Made by a program: the position numbers and the translations under genes. The notes under the pieces were generated by a model that saw nothing but the letters and a program-made list of their open reading frames with translations, did not search any database and was not told the origin of the DNA. From NCBI GenBank assembly GCA_965261385.1, contig CBDHDB010000001.1, positions 1,205,418-1,269,417 of the forward strand: a DNA stretch of 64,000 bases. Direction: 5' to 3'. This document shows, one piece after another, positions 11,032-20,762 of this stretch (its first letter is position 1; every line of letters starts with the position of its first letter). This DNA comes from Dehalococcoidia bacterium. GTDB lineage: Bacteria; Chloroflexota; Dehalococcoidia; Lucifugimonadales; Australimonadaceae.

Positions 11032-11499
11032 GCCGCTCCCAATCCTCTTCCGTCATTCCCGCGAACGGAGACCTTCGCGTAAACCTCACACTGGTTCGTG
11101 GTGAGCCTGAGGCTGCTGTATTGCGAACTTTCCGATGGGCAGTCGACTTGTGGAACAGCAAGTCTGCCGTGCCGCGCCAGCCTAGGGGGTAGTCGGGCCA
11201 CGGCCTGCGGGTATCGGTACCTCTTGTTGTATTGCGTCCTACCCATGTCCATGGACGAGAGGCAATCACAACGGAAAGATCCGATACTCGTGGGCGGTAG
11301 ACCTGAACCCTCCGGCAAGCAACCGCACCCAAGGCCTATGACGTGGTTCGAGTCCCGGCAAGTACGGCGGCGTTCGCCGGTCGGGTAAATTCCGCTAAAC
11401 TGGGCGGCCTCTCAGGGGGTGGGGTCGAAGGGCGGACTAGTCCGCATTAGGCCCTCGACCTCAGCCCGACGTGCCGAGGTGTGCTACGCTTTTCGGGTA

Positions 11500-11721
11500 A
11501 TGCCCACCTCCCGCGATAACCGCCGCCTGGTGACCTACGTCCCGGTTGTCATCGCGACTGAGATCGAGCGACGTGCACGAGCTGACGGCCGGACGGTGAG
11601 CGGCTGGCTGTCGCGCCTCATCGCCGAGGCACTCAGCGACGTCGACCAGGACGTCGAGGTCAGGCTCCCGCCGCTGGCAACGCCCTCATCACTCGTAACC
11701 CCGCAGGCCCCTGCAGCGTAA
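11500..11721 (+). CDS. Small ribbon-helix-helix (CopG/Arc-like) DNA-binding protein, 3' end cut by IS66
   Basis: RLVTYVP...IERRARADGRTVSGWLSRLIAEAL fits an RHH pattern. Removing the IS66 and one TSD copy extends the frame as ...PAAAWVDNRSAPTLTPA* (stop at 13204). Confidence 0.6.
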   Translation: MPTSRDNRRLVTYVPVVIATEIERRARADGRTVSGWLSRLIAEALSDVDQDVEVRLPPLATPSSLVTPQAPAA

Positions 11722-13150
11722 CTGTTCAGAGTTGAGGAGAGAGGAGCAGTTGGCGGCAGGCGGCGAGGGGATTCAGGCCTTGGGCCCGCCAGGAGCCGAA
11801 GAGCGAAGTCAGGGTCATCTTGGCGTCGGTCCCTTGCGCTGACCGAGTCCCCCCGCTGACCTTGCGGCTCACGACCAAGTGACGCAGGCTGCGCTCGGCG
11901 GCGTTGTTGTCCGACGGCGCCGCCGGTTCGCCCACGAAGACGAGGAGTTCCTTGATGTGGCGCTCGATGCGACGGCACAGCTTGGCCTGGGCTGCCGCGC
12001 GGTCATCCAGGAAGGGACGGCAGAGGGCCAGGAGGCGCTGTTCCCAGGCCTGTTGTGCGGCGCGCCGCTGCTTTTCCTTGGGATGGGCGAAGGCTTTGGC
12101 CTCAGCGTAAAGCCCATGGACGGCTTCGGCCCACTGGGCCAGCCGGCCGTCATCGGGGTAGAGGCCCCGCAGGTCGTGGATGTCCCGCAGCAGATGGACC
12201 CAGCACCGCTGTTTGGGGCCGTCGTAGTGGTGGTAGGCGGCGTAGAAATCGCAGACCAGCACCCCCGCGAACCCGTCGCCGAGGACTTCATCCACCACCG
12301 ACTTGCCTCGGCCACGCCGCAGGAAGTAGCGGTCGGTGGGCGTGCTGAACGTCCACACATAGCCGTTGGCGCCGTTCTCCCGCCAGCCGGTCTCATCGGC
12401 GTGGACCACCGGGCTGCCGCGGATGCGCTCCAAGATGCCCGCCACTGCGGGCCGGGCCTTCTCCGCCGTGCGCTGGGTGGCTGCGACGATGGCTCCCACG
12501 CTGAGGCGCAACTGATGGACGGTGCGCAGATACCATTGGATGCTGCGGATGGGCAGCCTCCCCTCCTCCCGCAGGGTGGCAATCAGGCTGACCAGGTTGA
12601 CTCCCAGGCGCTGCTTCCCCAAGGCAGCCCTGTCCAACTCTGCCGAGGGGAGGCAGTTGCGCCGGCAGCGGGGACAAACCCGGGCGATGAAGACGTGCTC
12701 GGTGACTTGCGCGGGGACCCGGGGCAGGTCGATGACCTCCCGGGTGCGATGGGCCCAGCCGCCGGACAACGGGGTCCCGCAATCGGGGCAGCTCTCCACG
12801 ACGTGCTCCACCCGGTGGGTGGGGGCCATCCGTCGACGGGAGAAGCCATGGGGCCGGGGCTTCCGGGGCTGCTGGGGGGCCGGAGGTTTCGGGCTGGACT
12901 GTGGCTTGAGGCCGGGCATTCCCGATGGGCCGCCCGGTTTGGCTTTGTCCTCCAACTGGGCAATGCGCCGTTCCAAGCGCCCAATGACCGTCTGCTGCTG
13001 GACGATGAGGGCGATGAGTTCGTCGCGGCGGGCGGCGTCCAAGTCGATGCGGGCATCCATGTCATCTCTATCACCGAACTGCCTCGGTCAGCGCTAGCCC
13101 TTAGGAACACCACTTTTAGCCAATCCTCCTCACCAACTCTGAACAGGTAC
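11718..13150 (-). mobile_element. IS66-family insertion sequence (single-ORF, ISBst12-like group)
   Basis: 17-bp terminal IRs GTAACTGTTCAGAGTTG / GTACCTGTTCAGAGTTG (1 mismatch); 8-bp target duplication CCTGCAGC at 11710-11717 and 13151-13158. Confidence 0.93.
11726..13060 (-). CDS. IS66 family transposase
   Basis: CPDCG...CPRC zinc finger, HADETGW, CDFYAAY, QRCWVHLLR, NNAAERSLR. Confidence 0.95.
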   Translation of the reverse strand: MDARIDLDAARRDELIALIVQQQTVIGRLERRIAQLEDKAKPGGPSGMPGLKPQSSPKPPAPQQPRKPRPHGFSRRRMAPTHRVEHVVESCPDCGTPLSGGWAHRTREVIDLPRVPAQVTEHVFIARVCPRCRRNCLPSAELDRAALGKQRLGVNLVSLIATLREEGRLPIRSIQWYLRTVHQLRLSVGAIVAATQRTAEKARPAVAGILERIRGSPVVHADETGWRENGANGYVWTFSTPTDRYFLRRGRGKSVVDEVLGDGFAGVLVCDFYAAYHHYDGPKQRCWVHLLRDIHDLRGLYPDDGRLAQWAEAVHGLYAEAKAFAHPKEKQRRAAQQAWEQRLLALCRPFLDDRAAAQAKLCRRIERHIKELLVFVGEPAAPSDNNAAERSLRHLVVSRKVSGGTRSAQGTDAKMTLTSLFGSWRAQGLNPLAACRQLLLSPQL

Positions 13151-13396
13151 CCTGCAGCCGCATGGGTTGACAACCGGTCAGCCCCGACCCTCACACCCGC
13201 CTAGACGGAAGCCCTACCCCCGCCGTCGCCACGTCTGCGACGACAACGACGGGCCTCGATGCCGACGAGGTCCGAGCCCAGGCGGATCCCGAGTACGCCG
13301 ACTGGCTACGACGGAAAGGACTCCGACCATGACCTGGTCCGTCTGAAAAGGGAAAGCCCCGCCAAACGGCGAGGCTCTCCCGGACGGCCAGCCAAG

Positions 13397-15381
13397 TGTT
13401 AGTGACGGTTTGAAAATGACCCCGTGATGACGGAATGGAATTGACCCACCCCTGAGCAAGAGCATCCTCCCTGCAGACTGACGGGGAGGAGAACGTTGCT
13501 GAAAGGTGGGACGATGAAAGACCTGTACGAGATGAGGGGTCAGGGGCATTCGATCCGCGGGATCACACGGGAGTTGGGCGTCTCCCGGAACTCGGTGCGC
13601 AAGTATCTGAGGTCGCCGGGAGTGCCGCAGGCGAAGCAACGACCGCCGCGGGCGTCCAAGCTGGACGCCTACACCGGCTACATCGACCGCCGGTTGGGGG
13701 AGGGTCTGGACAACTGCGTCGTGCTGCACCGGGAGTTGCGGTCGCTGGGCTACGAAGGCGGCTACACGATCCTGAAGGCCTACGTGTCGCCACGCCGTCG
13801 TCGACAGCCCCGCGCGACGATGCGGTTCGAGACGGAGCCCGGCGAGCAAGCGCAGGTGGACTGGGGGAGCTTCAGCTACGTCGGCGCAGACGGACGCAAG
13901 CACCGGCTCTGGGCGTTCGTGATGGTGCTGGGCTGGTCGCGAGCGATCTACGTCGAGTTCGTCCGGCGTGCGGACGTGGCGAGCTTCATGCAGTGCCACG
14001 TCAACGCGTTCGAATACTTCGGCGGGGCGCCGCGGCGGCGCCTGTATGACAACGCGAAGGTGGTGGTGCTGGGCCGGGATGCGGACGGGCGTCCGGAGTG
14101 GAACCGGCGGATGCTGGACCTGTCGCTGCGCATCGGATTCGAGCTGCGGGTGTGCCAGCCGTATCGGGCACAGACGAAGGGCAAGGTGGAGAGCGGGGTC
14201 AAGTATGTGCGCGGCAACCTGTGGCCCAGCGTCCGCTTCACGGACGACGCGGACTTGAACCGGCAGACCCTCGAGTGGTGCGACAGCGTGGCGAACCGGC
14301 GTGTGCACGGGACGATGGGCCGGCGTCCCTGGGAGATGCTGGCCGAGGAGCGGGTCCACCTCGGAGGGTTGCCGGAGCGTTCGGGACTGGCGCCGTATCT
14401 CAGGGACGACCGCAGGGTGGCGCACGACGGCTACGTGCACTGGGAGGGCTCCCGCTACGGTGTGCCCTGGCGGTGGGCGGGAGCGACGGTCCAGGTGGGA
14501 CAGCGCTCGGGGACGGTGGAGATCTGGACGGGCGACCAGCGCTTGGCCAGTGGGAAGGGTTGCCCAGGGGCCGAAGCGCTCGACAATACGCTGGACGCGG
14601 CGGCCGGCAAGCAGTTGACCTACCCGGAGATGCTCGCCGAGCTGCTGGGCGTGGAGGTCAACGCTCGCCGCGAGCGCTACCTCACCACGAGAACCAAGCT
14701 CGCGCATCTGCCCTTCCAGCGCTCCATCGAGCAGTTCGACTTCCAACCCTCCGTCGACGAGCGCCAGGTCAAGGAGTTGGCCAACCTCGCCTTCGTCGCC
14801 GAAGCCACCAACATCCTGCTGCTCGGACCGCCCGGCGTGGGCAAGACCCACTTGGCCGTCGCATTGGCGCTCAAGGCGATCGGGCACGGCTATGGCGCTT
14901 ACTTCGTTCGCGCCTACGACCTGATGGAAGACCTCAGGAGGGCCCAGGCCGAGCAGAACCTCGGGCGGCGCATGCGTGTCTACCTCGCTCCCAAGGTCCT
15001 CGTCGTCGACGAGTTCGGCATCTGGCCCTACGACAGAGACGCAGCGACTGCTTTCTTCACGCTGGTCTCAGCCCGCTACGAACGCGGGAGCATCATCCTG
15101 ACCTCGAACAAGGGCTTCGGCGAGTGGGGTGAGCTGCTGGGCGACACCGTCATCGCCTCAGCCGTCCTTGACCGGCTGCTCCACCACAGCCACATCCTCA
15201 ACATCAGGGGGGAGAGCTATCGTCTCAAGGAGAAGCGCCAAGCGGGCCTGTTCATCTCGCATCACGTGCTCAGCACAACGCCGGACGGGCAGACGACAAC
15301 TGACAGAATCGCTGGACATAGCGGCGGGGTGGGTCAATTCTAAACCGTCACACCGGGGTCAAAAGTAAACCGTCATTGACA
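13397..15381 (+). mobile_element. IS21-family insertion sequence with internal deletion(s)
   Basis: TGTTAGTGACGGTTT... and ...AAACCGTCATTGACA ends with repeated subterminal motifs; 4-bp target duplication CAAG at 13393-13396 and 15382-15385. Confidence 0.92.
13496..15343 (+). CDS. In-frame fusion of IS21 transposase IstA and helper ATPase IstB
   Basis: IstA: HTH, FETEPGEQAQVDWG, YDNAK, KGKVE. IstB: GPPGVGKT, LVVDEFG, LTSN, LDRLLHH, GESYR. One continuous 615-aa frame. Confidence 0.88.
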   Translation: MLKGGTMKDLYEMRGQGHSIRGITRELGVSRNSVRKYLRSPGVPQAKQRPPRASKLDAYTGYIDRRLGEGLDNCVVLHRELRSLGYEGGYTILKAYVSPRRRRQPRATMRFETEPGEQAQVDWGSFSYVGADGRKHRLWAFVMVLGWSRAIYVEFVRRADVASFMQCHVNAFEYFGGAPRRRLYDNAKVVVLGRDADGRPEWNRRMLDLSLRIGFELRVCQPYRAQTKGKVESGVKYVRGNLWPSVRFTDDADLNRQTLEWCDSVANRRVHGTMGRRPWEMLAEERVHLGGLPERSGLAPYLRDDRRVAHDGYVHWEGSRYGVPWRWAGATVQVGQRSGTVEIWTGDQRLASGKGCPGAEALDNTLDAAAGKQLTYPEMLAELLGVEVNARRERYLTTRTKLAHLPFQRSIEQFDFQPSVDERQVKELANLAFVAEATNILLLGPPGVGKTHLAVALALKAIGHGYGAYFVRAYDLMEDLRRAQAEQNLGRRMRVYLAPKVLVVDEFGIWPYDRDAATAFFTLVSARYERGSIILTSNKGFGEWGELLGDTVIASAVLDRLLHHSHILNIRGESYRLKEKRQAGLFISHHVLSTTPDGQTTTDRIAGHSGGVGQF

Positions 15382-15701
15382 CAAGCAACGGTGTGCGGGG
15401 ACCGGGCCCGACTGTCGTCTGATTCTACCCCCGCGAGCCACTCGACGCGCCTCCCGCACGCCTGCGCGTAGAGCGGCCTCTACGCCCCTCGGCCATGGAA
15501 AAATGGGGCAGCCCCCACCCTCAGAGGGCCGGGTGGCCAGCCCGCGCCGCCGCCCTGGGCATCCTGGCGGTGCCGGCGCGGGGGATTCTCGGGCCTCGGC
15601 GCGGCATTCTGCTATTCGGGAAGGGCGGCGTGGGGCGACTCCCGGAGCCCACGTCCGCCCCCCCTAACGGGGGAACGGGGGCGGTGTGCACGCTCAGGCG
15701 T

Positions 15702-15775
15702 GAGCGCACGCCTAGAGCGCGGGGGCCAGCGACATTGAGCGCACGCCTAGGCGCGGGGGCTAGCGACATTGAGCG
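15702..15775 (+). repeat. 34-35 bp tandem repeats (iteron-like) at the 3' end of the Rep-like gene
   Basis: GAGCGCACGCCTAG(A)GCGCGGGGGC(C/T)AGCGACATT at 15702 and 15737, partial third unit at 15771. Confidence 0.75.
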
Positions 15776-16748
15776 GGGTCAGTCGGCTGCTTCGGCGGTG
15801 GCGGTGGCAGGACGCGGCGGCCCACGATGCGGAGCTCGCCCGCCTTCTCCAGCTTGTGCAGCGTCTCCCACCCCTCTGTGACAAGCTCGCGCCCACGTTG
15901 CCGCGACGATAGGGGGCGCGTGATGGCTACCACGTCGGCGTCGCTGAGCTCGCGATACCGCTGCGGGTCCTGCACCTGCACCCACATCCCGCTGGGCGTT
16001 CGCATGCGCGTGACGCCCGGATTCCACCACTCGTAGCTCAGATTGAGCAGCGTGGTGTAGGCGACGGAGGACTTGGCGCCCCACTCGCTGAGCGACTGTG
16101 GCACAAACGGCCCGTCCCCCGAGCCGGGCGGCAGATCCACGATGAAGTCCGCTTCATCGTGGAGGGGGATTGGCTTCGGAGGGAGGCCGGACATGAGCAC
16201 GATGCGCTGGAAGCCTCCGCGTCCTGTGGCGGGGTCGTGCCACGGGATTTCCAGCGCATCGAGGGTGGCGCGTGCCTTCAGGAGTCGCGGCCAGTACTCC
16301 GTGGGCCTGGGTTGCCGAGCGCCTGGGTACAAGCCATCGAGCAACTGGCGGAGCGTCACGTTGAACGCGACGGGTTGCCCCGCCTGGCGCTCGACGTAGG
16401 GCGCGTACAAGACGGCCTCGATGAACAAGCGCATCGCGAGGGGCGCGCCCGGCCCTCCGCTGCGCTGCGGATTCACGTCGCCGAGCTGGTAGAGCTGGAT
16501 AGGCAATGCGGGGCCGTGGTGGTCGCCCTCGAAGCCGGGCAAGACGAGCTGGCCGCGCTGGTGCGCCTAGCGGCCCGCGGATGCTCATCGCTCACCATCG
16601 CCAGCTTCGCGGGCAGATGGCGCTTGAGCCGGAGGTTGGGCGCCGCCACCAACGGCCGCTCCAGCCAAGCGACGATTAGGGGATAGAGCGGGTTCCTCCC
16701 GTCGCGGTCGTCCTCGGGGTACTCCATCACCAGATTGACGAGGTCCAT
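15760..16748 (-). pseudogene. Frameshifted mobile-element protein, possibly a replication initiator
   Basis: Overlapping protein-like ORFs 16473-16748 and 15760-16542 in different frames appear to be one gene broken near 16550; function inferred from context only. Confidence 0.45.
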
Positions 16749-17045
16749 GGCGGAGGCTTAGATCGCTATACGCTCGCCGGCCGGCCATGTCCACCCGGCG
16801 AGTCCCCCGTGCAACCACCCCGTGAAGCGCATGGTCTACCGTGTGGGTGACCCCTTCTCGCGGACTACTGTCGTTACGTCAACTGGCGGAACCCATCGAC
16901 CACAGCGGCGGATAGGCGCGGTCTGCAGTTGTCTGGGTTGACGCGATTCCGCCGCGATCGCACGCGCCTTTCGTCAGCGGCCGACAGCCCGTTCACGCCT
17001 AGGGTGCCGGGGCGTGGGATTCGTCACCAAGGGGTCGCACTCCCA

Positions 17046-17074
17046 GGGTTCCCCCGCACACGCGGGGATAGACC
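17046..17074 (+). CRISPR. Solitary type I-E CRISPR repeat unit (no array, no cas genes)
   Basis: GGGTTCCCCCGCACACGCGGGGATAGACC: CCCCGC-ACAC-GCGGGG hairpin and ATAGACC 3' handle resemble the type I-E repeat GTGTTCCCCGCGCCAGCGGGGATAAACCG; no second copy about 61 bp up- or downstream. Confidence 0.75.
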
Positions 17075-17260
17075 TGCAGCACACGGTCAGCCTGGCGCTT
17101 CTCGCGGAGCCGGTATCAGGCTGCGGTCCCGCGGTTACAGCCGTGCTCCAATCATGGAGATAGCGAGGTGCGGCCGTGTCACGTTCTACCGGGCAGGCTC
17201 ACGAACACAGGGAACCCTCCCCACACCACGCTCAAGACAGGGTAACGACAACAGACTACG

Positions 17261-18421
17261 TTACGAGGAGCCCATGATGGCCGTCGCCCACTGCTCCATG
17301 ACCTCACGCCGCTGCTCGAACAGGTCGGAGCGCTGGTAGCTGATCTCCAGCGAAGAGCCCGCGACATGCGACAGCGCCAGCTCCGCGATGACCCGATCGA
17401 TACCGGACTCAGCCGCCCACACGCGGAAGCTACTTCTCATGCCGTGCGGTGTCGCCTGGATGCCGTTCTCCCTGAACAGCTTGGAGACCGTAGCGTCGCT
17501 CATCACTCGACCTGTCGGCGACGGGAAGACGAGGCCGGAGTCGCCAGTGAACTCCCGAGCACAGTCCAAGACCGCCATCGCCTCCGGCGACAGCGGGACG
17601 CGGTGCTCGCGCGCCGATTTCATGCGCGAGGCCGGGATGGTCCACGTCGCGGAGTCCAAGTCAATCTCCGCCCAGCGTGCGCCCCGAACCTCACCGCTCC
17701 TGGTAGCCGTCAGCACGAGGAACCGGACGGCCAACTTCGTCGTCTCCGCAGCGTCCGATGCCCCTATCGTCCCCAACGCAGCGTGAACATCGCGCCAGGG
17801 GAGAGCGCGCTGGTGCGTCACCTTCCTACCCGCCTTTGGCAGTGCCGCGACCACGTCGCGCGCCGGGTTGTCCGTGCGATATCCCATGCTGATGGCCCAC
17901 TGCATGACCGCGGAGATGTACCCGCGCGTCTTCCGGGCGGTTTCGCGACGGTTCGTCCAGATCGGCAACAACACGTTGAGCAAGTCCGCGCTGGTGATGG
18001 TGTCCACGCGAAGGTTGCCGATGGCCGGGTGGACGTGCGCATCGAGGCGTGCCCGCCATATCGACCCCGTCCTTGTTCCGTCCTTCCAGCTCTCGGCGTT
18101 CATCGAAATCACCTTCTCCGCAGCCTGCCGGAGGCTTGGAATCGCCGCCCTTCGCTTGCGGTCCGCCAACGGATCGACACCGGCGCGAACTGCCTTTGCG
18201 TTCTCGATGGCGAGCGCGCGCGCTTCTGCCAGCGAGACGAGCGCAAGCGGTCCTAACCCGATGTGCGTGGGTCGCCCGTTGATGCGAAGGCGTTGTATCC
18301 ACGACTTGGTCAGCCCTCCGCTTGCGCTAGGCCTTACCAGCAAGGACAATCCGTAACTGCCACGCCCCCCGTCGGAGTAGCGGCCAGGTTCCTTAACGGT
18401 CCGCACGAAAGCAGCCGACAA
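17261..18421 (-). CDS. Tyrosine recombinase/integrase (P4-like, with N-terminal arm-binding domain)
   Basis: PGRYSDG..GLSLLV..K.W arm domain; catalytic TATRSGEV, MKSAREHRVPL, HGMRSSFR, LSH, Y. The true start may lie a few codons upstream. Confidence 0.93.
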   Translation of the reverse strand: MSAAFVRTVKEPGRYSDGGRGSYGLSLLVRPSASGGLTKSWIQRLRINGRPTHIGLGPLALVSLAEARALAIENAKAVRAGVDPLADRKRRAAIPSLRQAAEKVISMNAESWKDGTRTGSIWRARLDAHVHPAIGNLRVDTITSADLLNVLLPIWTNRRETARKTRGYISAVMQWAISMGYRTDNPARDVVAALPKAGRKVTHQRALPWRDVHAALGTIGASDAAETTKLAVRFLVLTATRSGEVRGARWAEIDLDSATWTIPASRMKSAREHRVPLSPEAMAVLDCAREFTGDSGLVFPSPTGRVMSDATVSKLFRENGIQATPHGMRSSFRVWAAESGIDRVIAELALSHVAGSSLEISYQRSDLFEQRREVMEQWATAIMGSS

Positions 18422-18686
18422 GGACGATGGGCGGGTCAGTGCTCGCTGAATGGTTGTTACCTCAGTTGTACCTTTTGGATACTATACTACGGCGAATCAC
18501 AATGGACGGCTACGGACTGATGCACTAGGCCGTCATGCGGTGCATCGTGAATCGAAGCGGTGCTAGACGGACAGTAACGGACGGGCTTATGGAGTCTCGC
18601 GGTCACCAAACGTGACATCAGGACGCGGCGTGAAAGCGCCGCGTTTCGCTTTACATGAGCACTACGTGGAAGGAGGGGAGCAGCCC

Positions 18687-19426
18687 ATGACGGACGGACA
18701 GCGCCGCCTCTACGACGACCTCGCCTACCTGTGGCCGCTGATGAGCCCTCCCGAGCACTACGAGGAGGAGGCCGGGTACTGGCTGCGCGAGCTCCGAGCA
18801 CGACTGGCGCCAGGCAAGCGGCGAATCCTCGACCTCGGCGCCGGAGGCGGTCATAACCTCCACTACCTGATCGGCGAGTTCGAGGCGGCGCGGTCGATCT
18901 ATCCGAGCCCATGCTCGAGCACTCGCGGCGCCTGAACCCCGGCGTCGCTCATCACGTCGACGACATGCGGACCGTGCGCCTCGGCGAGACGTTCGACGCC
19001 GTCCTCGTCCACGACGCCATCGACTACATGACGACTGAGGCTGACCTGCTCGCCGTGTTCGCAACGGCGCGCGCCCACCTCGGCCCCGGCGGTCTGTTGC
19101 TCGTCGCACCCGACCACTACGAGGAGACCTTCGTGTCGCCCTTCGTCGACTACGAGACCAACCGCGGCCCCGAGACCGAGCTCACGTACGTTGAGTACTC
19201 GACACGCCTCAATCCCAACGACACGACCGTCGAGACAACGTACGTGTTCTTCATCAACGAGGGCGGCGAGCTGCGAATCGAGATGGACAGCCACACGACG
19301 GGCCTGTTTCCCATCGCCACGTGGGAGCGCCTGCTAATCGAGGCCGGCTTCGAGGTCGAGCGCGTCGATTACCCCGTCAGCGAGGACGGGCGGCCGATGT
19401 TCCTCTGGGTAGGGCGAATGCTATAA
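18687..19426 (+). pseudogene. Class I SAM-dependent methyltransferase with a 1-nt frameshift near 18890
   Basis: ILDLGAGGG in the first frame; VDLSEPMLEHSRRL...FDAVLVHDAIDY continues in the next frame. Could be a sequencing indel. Confidence 0.8.
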
Positions 19427-19536
19427 AGGTGACATTAGGGGGCGCGTGGGGGAGAAGAGCGGTTGGCCGGCGGGCGCGCAGACCCTCTCTCTAACTCTCT
19501 CCCGCAGACGGGCGAGAGGACCGGAGGGAGAGGCGC

Positions 19537-20529
19537 TCAGCCTCCATTCACGATCGAGAGGATGACTGCCGCAAGCTTGTCGGGGTCGTGGCGCGTGCCC
19601 CACGATGGGTCCAGGAGGTCGGCGATTACGGGAGTGACGCCGGCTTCCTCCAAGGACGCCTCCGGCGGGACCGCTTGCTGGTGAAACTGGGGCGCAATCT
19701 CGACCAGCGTCTCGTTCATCACGAAATGGGTGGGCGCGACGCCCGCGTGGCGCTTCAAGGCCGCCAAGTGATCGGCGGCGCCCAAGCCGTCGGTCTCCAT
19801 GTGCTGGGTCGCGACGTTGCAGATGAATATCTTGGGGCAGCCGGCCTCGCGGACGGCTTCCGCCAGACCCCCGATGAGGAGGTTCGGCAGGATGCTGGTG
19901 TAGAGGCTCCCCGGGCCGATAAGAACCGCGTCCGCCGCGCGAATCGCGTCGATGGCCGCGGGGTTAGCGGCAACGTCGTCCGGGGTCAGACGGAGCGCTG
20001 CGATGCGCTCGCCCGCCTGGCCCACGGCGGACTCGCCGTCGAGCAGCCGGCCGGACTCCGTTTCAGCTTCGAGCGTGATCCCGGCCTGCAGCGACGACGG
20101 AATGACGCGCCCCCGGACCGACAACAGCTCGTGAGCGGCGTCGAGGGCCTCGCCGAAGCCGCCCTCGGAAGTGACCATCGCCGACAGCAGAAGATTGCCC
20201 AGGTTATGGCCTTCGAGTCCTTCGCCCTCGTCGAACCGGAACGAGAAGACGCGCTCCATAAGGGGCTCGGCGTCCGAGAGCGCGATCAAGCATTTCCGGG
20301 CGTCGCCGAGGGGAGGCACGCCGAGCATCTCCCGCAGACGGCCTGTGCTTCCTCCGTCGTCGGCGGGAGTGATGATCGCGCTGAGATTGTCCGTCCGGCG
20401 CTTCAGACCTCTCAGCAGGATGGGCAACCCTGTCCCGCCGCCGATGGCCACGAGATGCGGCCCCCCGCTGCCCTGCCGACGGAAGGCCGGATTCTCTGTC
20501 TGACGTAGGTGCGTGTTCATAGGCGACAC
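19537..20529 (-). CDS. yvcK: YvcK/GlmR family gluconeogenesis factor (CofD-like)
   Basis: IGGGTGL, DDGGSTG, GHNLGNL, GPGSLYTSILPNL, RHDP. Confidence 0.9.
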   Translation of the reverse strand: MSPMNTHLRQTENPAFRRQGSGGPHLVAIGGGTGLPILLRGLKRRTDNLSAIITPADDGGSTGRLREMLGVPPLGDARKCLIALSDAEPLMERVFSFRFDEGEGLEGHNLGNLLLSAMVTSEGGFGEALDAAHELLSVRGRVIPSSLQAGITLEAETESGRLLDGESAVGQAGERIAALRLTPDDVAANPAAIDAIRAADAVLIGPGSLYTSILPNLLIGGLAEAVREAGCPKIFICNVATQHMETDGLGAADHLAALKRHAGVAPTHFVMNETLVEIAPQFHQQAVPPEASLEEAGVTPVIADLLDPSWGTRHDPDKLAAVILSIVNGG

Positions 20530-20677
20530 GACAACGATAGCCGCAACCGGAAGCGATGGCTATGCCGAGCGTCCTTCCGGGAGGGTCCGTTATCAATGGC
20601 CCTGTTCGCCGTTTCTGGATGGCCCCTGCTCTCGTTCTGGATGGAACGTGGGCTGTTCCGTTAGAATGGGGGAGACG

Positions 20678-20754
20678 GGGCGGTTAGCTCAGTTGGTTAG
20701 AGCGCTTGCTTCACACGCAAGAGGTCACAGGTTCAAGTCCTGTATCGCCCACCA
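20678..20754 (+). tRNA. tRNA-Val (CAC)
   Basis: GGGCGGT/ATCGCCC acceptor stem, CTTGC-TTCACAC-GCAAG anticodon arm, GGTTCAAGTCC T-arm, CCA end. Confidence 0.96.
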
Positions 20755-20762
20755 TCTCGAGT

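Larger units (their letters stand above)
11100..18610. mobile_element. Degenerate integrative element (tyrosine integrase, Rep-like remnant, RHH protein) invaded by IS66 and IS21; boundaries approximate
   Basis: Integrase at the right end, plasmid/phage-like small genes and repeats, two ISs; flanked by ordinary chromosomal genes. No att direct repeat found. Confidence 0.55.

Noticed and set aside
11345-11356. GGTTCGAGTCCC T-loop-like motif
   Set aside because: No cloverleaf or CCA end can be built around it.
16833-16854. Possible inverted degenerate second CRISPR repeat (reverse complement GGGGTCACCCACACGGTAGACC)
   Set aside because: It lacks the hairpin, is in the opposite orientation and lies about 190 bp away; the match is too short to call an array.
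18590-18608. GAGTCTCGCGGTCACCA as a tRNA 3'-end att fragment
   Set aside because: It matches none of the three tRNAs in the window and has no copy at the left edge of the element.
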